Source: Candidatus Woesearchaeota archaeon (GTDB lineage: Archaea > Nanobdellota > Nanobdellia > Woesearchaeales > 21-14-0-10-32-9). From it: a stretch of 64,000 bases of DNA. Positions 19,498 to 27,306 of this stretch are shown here, piece by piece (within the stretch, counting starts at the first letter, position 1; every line of letters starts with the position of its first letter). The notes beneath the pieces are model-generated. The model saw only the letters and a list, made by a program, of their open reading frames with translations, was not told the origin of the DNA and did not search any database. The stretch lies in assembly GCA_020854775.1 (NCBI GenBank), contig JAHKLZ010000008.1:8221-72220 (forward strand), in the 5' to 3' direction. The position numbers were made by a program, and so were the translations under genes.

Positions 19498-19947
19498 CTA
19501 CTTCGAATCAAGCTTTTCCAGCTCTTTTCTAAACGACTCAATGTCTTGAAAATCATTATAAACAGAAGCAAAACGTATATAAGCGACTTGATCAAGTTTT
19601 TTTAATTGCTTAATAATAATTTCACCTATATTCTTTGTTGTTACTTCTTTTTTTGTATTAATCCTTAATTTTGATTCAACTTTTGAAGCAATAGCCTCTA
19701 TTTGTTCTTGAGTAATAGGTCTTTTTTGACAAGCAATTTGCAATGATTTTATGACTTTTTGTCTGTCAAAAATTTCTTTAGTACCATTCTTTTTTAGTAT
19801 CATTATGTTAATAAGTTCTATTTGTTCATAAGTTGTGAAACGTTTTTCGCACTTCAAACATTCCCTTCTTCTTCTTGTAATGTCTTCTTCTGTTTCTCTG
19901 GTTTCTAAAACCTTAGTTTCTGGATAGCTACAAAATGGACATTTCAT
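19498..19947 (-). CDS. nrdR: Transcriptional repressor NrdR (zinc ribbon plus ATP-cone)
   Basis: MKCPFCSYPETKVLETRE...RRRRECLKCEKRFTTYE is the canonical NrdR zinc ribbon. An ATP-cone follows. The track ORF starts at a TTG at 19965, but the canonical MKCPFC ATG is at 19945-19947. Confidence 0.85.
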   Translation of the reverse strand: MKCPFCSYPETKVLETRETEEDITRRRRECLKCEKRFTTYEQIELINIMILKKNGTKEIFDRQKVIKSLQIACQKRPITQEQIEAIASKVESKLRINTKKEVTTKNIGEIIIKQLKKLDQVAYIRFASVYNDFQDIESFRKELEKLDSK

Positions 19948-20029
19948 TTTTTTATCAAGGAGCAAACACTAAAAAATATAAGAGCAAAAACCTGAAATGT
20001 TACTACATATAGGTTAAAGCTAATCTTTG

Positions 20030-20047
20030 AACACTACCCCTAGTGTT
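20030..20047 (+). promoter_or_regulatory. Candidate NrdR box (palindrome aACACTA-cccc-TAGTGTt) ~83 nt upstream of nrdR
   Basis: The half-sites acacta/tagtgt match the outer halves of the bacterial NrdR-box consensus acaCwAtATaTwGtgt. A perfect 7-bp inverted repeat with a 4-nt spacer. A degenerate half-site acactaaaaaatataa lies at 19966..19981. Confidence 0.4.
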
Positions 20048-20285
20048 TAAACAAGTTCACAAGAGGTTTATAAATTTATCTGTTATTTCATACTATGTTT
20101 TGTAAAACATCATTTTTTTATACATATTAAATGATATGCTTTCAAAAACTAATTTCAAAAAATAACAAACCTAAGAAAAGGGTCTGAAAGGCTTCAAATT
20201 ATAAAAGATTTATATATTAGTTTAATTTACAACTATAAAGGAAGGCACAAAATTAGCAAAAAGCTTTTCTGTGGGGTGAAGCACA

Positions 20286-20600
20286 GTGGATGAAAACATA
20301 GAACTAGGCGGAAAAATATTTTTATCAGGATTTAAGAATCTGAAAAGAGATGAATTACTAATAGCGAAAAAACTCATAGGGAGCTACGCTAGAAAATTCG
20401 GAGACGGACTAAAGAATTACGAATCATTAAATCTGCACTTAAAACCAGTACACAAAACTACGCCAGACTCTGAAAAATATGAATTACACATAAAATTAAT
20501 TCACGATGGTAAAACAACCAACACAGAAGTAGTAGATCATAACGTGTTCGTATGCATAGATTCAGCACTTAAAAAAATAGAAGAACAAGTAATAAGATAA
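20286..20600 (+). CDS. Ribosome hibernation factor-like protein (HPF/RaiA/YfiA fold, tentative)
   Basis: 104 aa. The beta-alpha-beta-beta-beta-alpha pattern aligns with HPF: IELGGKIFLSGF / DELLIAKKLIGSYARKF / SLNLHLKPVH / KYELHIKLIHDGKTTNTEVV / VFVCIDSALKKIEEQV. GTG start, preceded by a GGGGTGA Shine-Dalgarno. Confidence 0.4.
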   Translation: MDENIELGGKIFLSGFKNLKRDELLIAKKLIGSYARKFGDGLKNYESLNLHLKPVHKTTPDSEKYELHIKLIHDGKTTNTEVVDHNVFVCIDSALKKIEEQVIR

Positions 20601-20626
20601 CTTTTTTTGTTTTTATTAAATAAAAA

Positions 20627-21100
20627 ATGAGAATAAAAATTCTAAAAGAAAACAGAATTAATGAATATTCTAAATTAGCAAGAGAAACAATCTCAGAGTC
20701 AAAATACTACAATGAAAACGCAAAAAAATCAGAAATACAAAAGTTAGGAATAAATCAAATCAAAAAAGATCTTAAAAACAAAAACAACATTTTCATATAC
20801 GTAGAAAATCAAAAAGAAATAATAGCATTCTGTAATGGATACAAAGAACATGGATTGTTCTGGATAAATTGGATAGGTGTGAAAGAAACACATAGAAAAA
20901 AAGGCGTAGCAAAAAAAATAATACATTATTTAGAAGAAGAAATGAAGAAAAAAAATATTCACAAAATATGGTTTGATACACTAATAAAAAATGAAGAATC
21001 AGTTCAATTAATAAAAAAACTAAAATATAAAAAAGTAAGCACATTAAAGAATCATTGGTACAACCAAGACTTTTATCTCTGGGAAAAAATAATAAACTAA
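20627..21100 (+). CDS. GNAT family N-acetyltransferase
   Basis: IGVKETHRKKGVAKKIIHYLEEEM is the acetyl-CoA-binding motif A (Q/RxxGxG/A). Confidence 0.75.
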   Translation: MRIKILKENRINEYSKLARETISESKYYNENAKKSEIQKLGINQIKKDLKNKNNIFIYVENQKEIIAFCNGYKEHGLFWINWIGVKETHRKKGVAKKIIHYLEEEMKKKNIHKIWFDTLIKNEESVQLIKKLKYKKVSTLKNHWYNQDFYLWEKIIN

Positions 21101-23215
21101 TTACTTAACTCTTCCCTTTAAATTCTTATCAACAATTATTTCAGCACCAATTAATTTTACGCCTTCAGCACTCACACCTTTATCATCAACCAATAATTCA
21201 AATTCAAAAAATTCATCAATACTTATCTCTTTGTTTTCTGATTCAACACCTTCAAAATTCAAATAAGTACCAGGCTCAGCATTAGGACACTCTAATAAAC
21301 CAACTTTTTTACCTTGAGAAACAGCGAGAAGCATACCTTCACTTAAAACACCTCTAAGTTTAGCAGGTTTAAGATTAGATACAACTATTATTTTCTTACC
21401 CACTAATTCCTCAGACTCATAATGACCTGCCAAACCAGAAACAATAGTTCTTTCTTCATCACCAAAACTAATCTTCTCAACAAATAATTTATCAGCATCA
21501 GGATGCTTAAAAACTTCTTTAATCAAAGCAACCCTAAACACAGGCTTCTTTAAAGAATCAAGATTTTTCTTCGCAACAACTTGCTTACCAGAATACTTAT
21601 CAGATAAAGACTTTATGAAATCATCATCAACTTTTTCAAATAAAGGCTTAACTTCACCAATCTTATGATTCTCTAAACTCTTACCCAAATCATTAAAAGA
21701 ATCAAAATCGCAATTTAATTGAGAAAGAATATTCTTAGAAGTTTCAGGCATAACTGGTTGAATCAATAAAGCCAAGTCTTTAATAACATTAACCAAAACA
21801 GTCAAATCATTCCTAGCAACACTTGGCTGTTCCTTTATTTTTTTCCAAGGCTCATTCTCTTGAAAAAAATGATTTGCTTTCTTAGATAAACCCATTATAG
21901 CCTTAATAGCTCTTTTAAGTTCTATATCTTCATAAAAACCAATAATTTCTTTTATTTCAGCATCATAATTCCAAGAATTAGTAATTTTTCCAACCTCGCC
22001 ATCACAAAATTTATTCACAAAAGTCAAAGTTCTATTAACCAAATTAGCAAAATTACCAACAACTTCATTATTTAACTTATCTTGAAAATCCTTCCAAGCA
22101 AAATTAGTATCAGTTCTTTCAGGTCTGTTCATCATCAAATAATAACGCCAAACATCCGCAGGAATACCTGAATCCTGAATGTTATCCCCAAAAATACCTA
22201 CCCCTCTAGATTTAGAAAACTTATCATCTTCATAATTTAGATATTCATTCACACTAAGCGTATCAACTAAAGTGTACCTATCATTCGTACCTATAAGAGA
22301 TGCAGGAAATAAAACTGAGTGAAAAGGAATATTATCTTTTCCCATGAATTGAACAAGCCTAGTCTCATCAGGCGTTTTCCACCAAATCTCCCAATCAGAT
22401 CTATTAGCCTTAGTTATAGCTATGTAACCAATAGGCGCGTCGAACCAAACATAAAAAACTTTTTCTTCGTAACCCTTAAGAGGAACAGGAATACCCCACT
22501 TTAAATCACGAGTAATAGCTCTTTCTTTTAAACCTTCTTTTAACCAAGAATTAGTTGTAGTTATAGCATTCTCAGACCAAGAATTTTTTGTTTTAATAAT
22601 GTGTTTCTCTAACAAAGATTGTAATTCTTGAAGCTTAATGTATAAATGCTTAGTTTTTTTAAGAACAGGCTTAGAACCAGTAATTTTAGACCTAGGATTC
22701 TTTAATTCCTTAGCATCCAACAATTTCCCACAATTATCACATTGATCGCCTCGAGCGTCATTAAAAGAACAAAAAGGACAAATTCCTTCAATGAACCTGT
22801 CAGATAAAAACTTTTGAGCTTCAACATCAAAAAATTGTTCTTCTTCTTTCTCGATCAAAAAATTATTTTTATAGAGTTTAAAAAAAATGTCTTGAGTTAT
22901 TTCTTTATTCTCAGGACTGGAAGTTCTACCAAAACAATCAAAGTCGCAATTAAACCAATCATAAACTTGTTTATGAATCTTAAAAAAATAATCAGTAGCT
23001 TCTTCAGGAGTCATGTTCATTTTTAAAGCAATAGCTTCAGTAGTAGTTCCATGTTCATCAGTACCAAGAACTGATAAAACTTTTTTTCCTCGTAAACGAA
23101 GAAACCTAGTATAAACATCTGCACTAACAATACAAACCATGGTTCCTAAATGAGGAACATTGTTAACGTAAGGCAAAGCACTAGTTACTAAAATCTTTTT
23201 TTCTAACTTAATCAC
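21101..23215 (-). CDS. metG: Methionyl-tRNA synthetase with C-terminal tRNA-binding (EMAP/Trbp111-like) domain
   Basis: 704 aa. HIGH-region PYVNNVPHLGT. Zinc knuckle CPFC...CDNCG. KMSKS as KFSKSRG. C-terminal OB-fold ALIKEVFKHPDADKLFVEKISFGDEERTIVSGL. Confidence 0.9.
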   Translation of the reverse strand: MIKLEKKILVTSALPYVNNVPHLGTMVCIVSADVYTRFLRLRGKKVLSVLGTDEHGTTTEAIALKMNMTPEEATDYFFKIHKQVYDWFNCDFDCFGRTSSPENKEITQDIFFKLYKNNFLIEKEEEQFFDVEAQKFLSDRFIEGICPFCSFNDARGDQCDNCGKLLDAKELKNPRSKITGSKPVLKKTKHLYIKLQELQSLLEKHIIKTKNSWSENAITTTNSWLKEGLKERAITRDLKWGIPVPLKGYEEKVFYVWFDAPIGYIAITKANRSDWEIWWKTPDETRLVQFMGKDNIPFHSVLFPASLIGTNDRYTLVDTLSVNEYLNYEDDKFSKSRGVGIFGDNIQDSGIPADVWRYYLMMNRPERTDTNFAWKDFQDKLNNEVVGNFANLVNRTLTFVNKFCDGEVGKITNSWNYDAEIKEIIGFYEDIELKRAIKAIMGLSKKANHFFQENEPWKKIKEQPSVARNDLTVLVNVIKDLALLIQPVMPETSKNILSQLNCDFDSFNDLGKSLENHKIGEVKPLFEKVDDDFIKSLSDKYSGKQVVAKKNLDSLKKPVFRVALIKEVFKHPDADKLFVEKISFGDEERTIVSGLAGHYESEELVGKKIIVVSNLKPAKLRGVLSEGMLLAVSQGKKVGLLECPNAEPGTYLNFEGVESENKEISIDEFFEFELLVDDKGVSAEGVKLIGAEIIVDKNLKGRVK

Positions 23216-23216
23216 C

Positions 23217-23648
23217 TCATAAATCCTCTACATCAATAGTTTTAGTTTTTTTCTTTTTTGGTTCTTTCATCTTCTTAGTTATAGGTATCTTAACTTTACA
23301 AGAATCACATTCAAAAACAAAAGACTTAACGCCTAAGAATGACTTTCTCTTAAAAGGAATCTTTGTTTTACCTTCATGATTACAAGAACCACAAACATAA
23401 TCAACACATAATTCTAAAGAAGATTCATACTCATCAGCAGGAACTTCATGATTACAAGAACCACAAACATATTCTTTTGCACGAATCTTAGGTCTCTTAG
23501 TTTTAGAATCAATAGGCTTAGTCATTAATTCTTTTTTACACTTAGGACAAAGTTCGCGAAAAGCCCAAGCCCTAACACTTCCTTCAGGAGTTTTTCTTCT
23601 AGTAAAGTAAACGAGTTCATTCATATCTTCAGGTTCTCTTAATTCCAT
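23217..23648 (-). CDS. Multi-zinc-ribbon protein (hypothetical)
   Basis: 143 aa with four CxxC pairs (CPKCKK, CGSCNHE twice, CDSCKV) and a lysine-rich tail. Confidence 0.5.
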   Translation of the reverse strand: MELREPEDMNELVYFTRRKTPEGSVRAWAFRELCPKCKKELMTKPIDSKTKRPKIRAKEYVCGSCNHEVPADEYESSLELCVDYVCGSCNHEGKTKIPFKRKSFLGVKSFVFECDSCKVKIPITKKMKEPKKKKTKTIDVEDL

Positions 23649-23650
23649 GA

Positions 23651-24496
23651 TTATTCCTCCAACGATTTCTTTTTTATCTCAATAGAGATTGCTTTCTTTA
23701 AAGTTCTTATATAAAGCGGACAATTCAAATACTCTAATTCGTGTTCTGCGCAGAACTTTATTAAATTTTCCTTTTCTAAATCAGATGAAAATCCGACAAA
23801 TATATTAATTGATTCAGCAGGATTTAAAACATCAAAATTTTTTGCTATCAAAATTTTTTTCAAACTAGAAGAATACTCAACCCATTTTTTTTTCTTAACA
23901 TCAAAATTTTTAAGAGCCCATAATAATTCTTTGAAATCTATTTTTTCTCCTGAACCTGAATAAAAAGAATTTTTTAAAAAAAGTAATTCTTTAAAAACAG
24001 AATCGTCATCACATGCTATGAACGCACCTCCTGAATTAATAGATAAAGGTTTGTGTTTTCCAAAACTACCAATTATAAAATCTCCTTTTAAAGAATTAAC
24101 ATCACCAATAGAACAAACAACGTCATTAACAACCAATGCATTAATGTTTTTAAAATCATCATAAAAACTTAAAGGATCAGAATAAGCATATCCAGGATTA
24201 GTATTTATTATAATTAAAGAATCCTCTAAGAAAGGAAACTCTTCTTTAATTAAAACGCCTTTATTCATAGGTGCTTTAATCACTTTCAAACCAACCTTGT
24301 CACCTGATTTTTCATAAGTGTACCAACCACCTTCTTCTTGAAGAATAAGATTCTTAAAACCTTTATTTTTAGAATAACGCATAATTAATTCAGCAGCGTC
24401 CCTACACTTATCCATAAAAATAACACGCTTCTTACCAACAATGCTAGTTAATAAAGAAACACATTCAACAAAATAATTCTCATCCACAAATAACAC
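23651..24496 (-). CDS. Divergent DegT/aminotransferase-fold protein (hypothetical). The PLP-lysine context is retained but the protein is truncated and active-site residues are altered
   Basis: GDFIIGSFGKHKPLSINSGGAFIACDDD parallels DegT GD..cFSFhptKnl..GeGGa..tnD. NALVVNDVVCSIG parallels L.viEDaAQA.GA. The protein is only 281 aa and lacks the N-terminal ~80 aa. Confidence 0.3.
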   Translation of the reverse strand: MLFVDENYFVECVSLLTSIVGKKRVIFMDKCRDAAELIMRYSKNKGFKNLILQEEGGWYTYEKSGDKVGLKVIKAPMNKGVLIKEEFPFLEDSLIIINTNPGYAYSDPLSFYDDFKNINALVVNDVVCSIGDVNSLKGDFIIGSFGKHKPLSINSGGAFIACDDDSVFKELLFLKNSFYSGSGEKIDFKELLWALKNFDVKKKKWVEYSSSLKKILIAKNFDVLNPAESINIFVGFSSDLEKENLIKFCAEHELEYLNCPLYIRTLKKAISIEIKKKSLEE

Positions 24497-25120
24497 CTAC
24501 TTAATTCTTTTGCCTAAAAAACCACTAATTTCTATTATTTTAACTGGTTTGTCGTGATGCTCAAATAATTTCTTTAAATGATACTTGAAATCAAATACAT
24601 CCACTACTTCAAATTCATTATCTTCAAAATATTTAACAACGTAATCTTTCGTGCTAGTCTTATGAATACTTAGAACATTATCTGATAAAGAAACTGCTTT
24701 ATTAAGAAAAGTAGTATCAACGTTTTTATTCTTAGTACCAAAAGGAGGATTCATAATCACAAAATCAAAAATTCCTGTGATACTAGAAACATCTCCTTGA
24801 ATTATTTCAAAAGAAGGCAATTCATATTCTTCTTCTACGTTCTTAATATTTTTTTCAAGAATCCTAATAGCTGAAGAATCTTTTTCTAAGAAAACAACTT
24901 TTTTAGCACCTAAAAGTAAAGCTCCAATACCTAGAATCCCTGTGCCTGCACCAAGATCAATAACTACTTTATCTTTAATTAAATTACGCATATGAGACGA
25001 CCACAATAGCTCAGCAGCGACTTCTCCGCTTGTAGCATACTGTTCTAATCCAATAATAGGATTACTAAAAACTAATAACTTAGACAACATCCTAGATAAG
25101 TGTTTTAATGACATATTCAT
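24497..25120 (-). CDS. SAM-dependent methyltransferase with NPPF(G) motif (METTL5/HemK-like RNA or protein N-methyltransferase)
   Basis: VIDLGAGTGILGIGA SAM loop. VIMNPPFGTK, the motif IV of amino-group MTases. Confidence 0.65.
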   Translation of the reverse strand: MNMSLKHLSRMLSKLLVFSNPIIGLEQYATSGEVAAELLWSSHMRNLIKDKVVIDLGAGTGILGIGALLLGAKKVVFLEKDSSAIRILEKNIKNVEEEYELPSFEIIQGDVSSITGIFDFVIMNPPFGTKNKNVDTTFLNKAVSLSDNVLSIHKTSTKDYVVKYFEDNEFEVVDVFDFKYHLKKLFEHHDKPVKIIEISGFLGKRIK

Positions 25121-25290
25121 AAGAAATATTGAATGCTTTAAATAGATTAATATTAAAAACCGTGCTAAAAAAAATAAAACACTTAAAAAAAGCCAGAATT
25201 ACTGCTTAGTGATTAAACAACGTTGTAAAAAAAAGCTGATTTTAATAAACACAAATCTTTAAAAAAAGACAATAGTTACCATTAAATAAA

Positions 25291-25821
25291 GTGTTTGGGG
25301 TAATAAGTGCAAAAAGTGAAACAAAGAAGTTGAAAGATTTTCAAACAGGAATAAAATCCGCGTTTGACGCAGTAAAAATGGAACTAGATGAGCACTTAGA
25401 TTCTATAAATCACAGCACAAGAGAAATACAATCAATCTATGATTACATGAGTGAATTAGATGCTAAAATAGAGAAATTAAACGAACGAATAGACGATATG
25501 CAAATGCTAATAAATCCTGAACAACAAAAAGAAGAACCTATAAACTTAACCAACAGAGAACAAGAAGTATTCTTAGTGCTTTATTCAGAAGAAAAAATAA
25601 TAATAAAAGAAATAGCAAAAAAACTAGGATTCACAGAAGAAATGGTTAATAAATATATATATAACTTAATATCAAAAGGAATACCTGTTCTGAGAGAATA
25701 CAACGAAAAAACAGTTTCATTCTCCCTAGACCTAAAATTCAAAGATTTACAAGCAAAGAAAAACATTCTGAACATAAACGAATCAATATCTAAAGAAGTC
25801 CTAGCAGAAAAAACACTTTGA
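25291..25821 (+). CDS. HTH-containing putative transcriptional regulator with N-terminal coiled coil
   Basis: LTNREQEVFLVLYSEEKIIIKEIAKKLGFTEEMVNKYIYNLISKGIPV is a winged-HTH / LuxR-TrmB-like segment. Confidence 0.45.
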   Translation: MFGVISAKSETKKLKDFQTGIKSAFDAVKMELDEHLDSINHSTREIQSIYDYMSELDAKIEKLNERIDDMQMLINPEQQKEEPINLTNREQEVFLVLYSEEKIIIKEIAKKLGFTEEMVNKYIYNLISKGIPVLREYNEKTVSFSLDLKFKDLQAKKNILNINESISKEVLAEKTL

Positions 25822-25880
25822 AACAATTCTAAAAATGTTTAATAGTTAATTTTATAAATTAAACAATGTTCCAATAAGAC

Positions 25881-26156
25881 ATGAAACTCACAATAATAGA
25901 AAATAAAGCACAAAAACTAGTATTTGAATTAGAAGGCGCAGACCACACATTATGCAATATTCTAAAAGACGAACTAAAAAATAATGATTCAGTAAGCGTA
26001 TCAACCTACACAATAAGTCATCCACTAGTAGGAAAACCAAAATTCTTCTTAGAAACAAAAAAAGGAGAAAAACCAGTTGATGCCCTTAAAAAAGCAATAG
26101 ATAACATAAAAAAACAAAACGCGACGATGCAAAAAGCATTCAAAACAATGAAGTGA
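25881..26156 (+). CDS. rpoL: DNA-directed RNA polymerase subunit L (Rpo11)
   Basis: VFELEGADHTLCNILKDELKNNDSVSVSTYTISHPLVGKPKFFLETKKGEKPVDALKKAI closely matches archaeal RpoL (EDHTLGN...HPL.G.P.F.I.T). Confidence 0.85.
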   Translation: MKLTIIENKAQKLVFELEGADHTLCNILKDELKNNDSVSVSTYTISHPLVGKPKFFLETKKGEKPVDALKKAIDNIKKQNATMQKAFKTMK

Positions 26157-26858
26157 TTACTTCCCAAATCTTCTATCACGCTTAGAAAAATCATTAATGC
26201 ACTTAACCAAGTCTTCTTTGCTAAATTCAGGCCATTTCTTATCTAAAAATACCCATTCAGAATACGTGCTTTGCCAAGGCAAAAAATTACTAGTTCTACG
26301 CTCACCACCCGTTCTAATAATCAAATCAGGACAAGAACTAAGATAAAGATTATCCTCAAAAACAGACTCATCAATATCCTCAACACTTAAATTCTTAGTT
26401 AACACATCATTAGCTATTCTTTTAACAGCCCTAAGAATTTCTTCTCTACCACCATAACCCAGCGCGACATTAAAAAAATAAGAATCATTATTCTTAGTTT
26501 TCTCAACTAATTCATCAATCCTTAATCTGACATCTTCAGGAAATAAAGATAAATCACCAAGAACTCTGATACGAACACCAGAATTTAAAAACTTAGAATC
26601 ATTAAGAAGATTCTCAGAACATTTAAGAAATATATTCATCAAATAATCAAATTCGAGCTTAGGCCTATTAATATTCTGAACAGAAAACGCATAAACAGTT
26701 ACTTCCTTAATATTAAGATCTTTACACCACTCAAGCAATTCAAAAACCTTTTTTTCACCGTACTCATGACCCTTCCAAGGACTAAGATTTAAAGACTTCG
26801 CAAATCTGCGATTACCATCCATTATTATACCGACATGACCAGGCTTAATATTAATCAC
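26157..26858 (-). CDS. uppS: Cis-prenyltransferase (undecaprenyl/dolichyl diphosphate synthase, UppS family)
   Basis: PGHVGIIMDGNRRFAK N-terminal motif. VTVYAFSVQN. RTGGERRTSNFLPWQ. Confidence 0.9.
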   Translation of the reverse strand: MINIKPGHVGIIMDGNRRFAKSLNLSPWKGHEYGEKKVFELLEWCKDLNIKEVTVYAFSVQNINRPKLEFDYLMNIFLKCSENLLNDSKFLNSGVRIRVLGDLSLFPEDVRLRIDELVEKTKNNDSYFFNVALGYGGREEILRAVKRIANDVLTKNLSVEDIDESVFEDNLYLSSCPDLIIRTGGERRTSNFLPWQSTYSEWVFLDKKWPEFSKEDLVKCINDFSKRDRRFGK

Positions 26859-27293
26859 CTAAACAGATTTATGTTCATCTGGCAGAAACTCAAACATACT
26901 ATCTAATAAATCAGGCTCAATACCAAAAATGTCCTTCATAGTAACAATACCTTGCAAAACACCCTTCTCAATAACAGGCAAACGACGAACATCATTATTA
27001 TTCATCAAAACCATAGCAGTATAAATACTTCTACCAGGCTCAATACTAATAATATCTTTAGAAGGAGTCATAATATCTTTAACAAGTATTTTATCAGGAC
27101 TAATACCTGAAGAAACAACCTTAACAACTAAGTCTTGCTCAGTAACTATACCACAAAAAGCTTGCTTATTCATAACCACTAAGCTACCAACTTCTTTAGA
27201 AGCCATTATCTCAGCACAAGTCCTAGCAGTCTCAGAAACCTGAATAGTAACAGGTGTCGTCGTCATAATATCTCTTATAAAATAAGTCCTCAT
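26859..27293 (-). CDS. CBS domain pair protein
   Basis: Two CBS repeats (VRDIMTTTPVT..., VKDIMTPSKDI...). Confidence 0.7.
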   Translation of the reverse strand: MRTYFIRDIMTTTPVTIQVSETARTCAEIMASKEVGSLVVMNKQAFCGIVTEQDLVVKVVSSGISPDKILVKDIMTPSKDIISIEPGRSIYTAMVLMNNNDVRRLPVIEKGVLQGIVTMKDIFGIEPDLLDSMFEFLPDEHKSV

Positions 27294-27306
27294 AAATAAT
27301 ACCCCC

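Noticed and set aside
19966-19981. A second NrdR box (acactaaaaaatataa) just upstream of the nrdR start
   Set aside because: Only the first half-site matches the consensus. The second half is a poly-A/TATA-like sequence. It is mentioned as a possible degenerate partner but not called as a feature.
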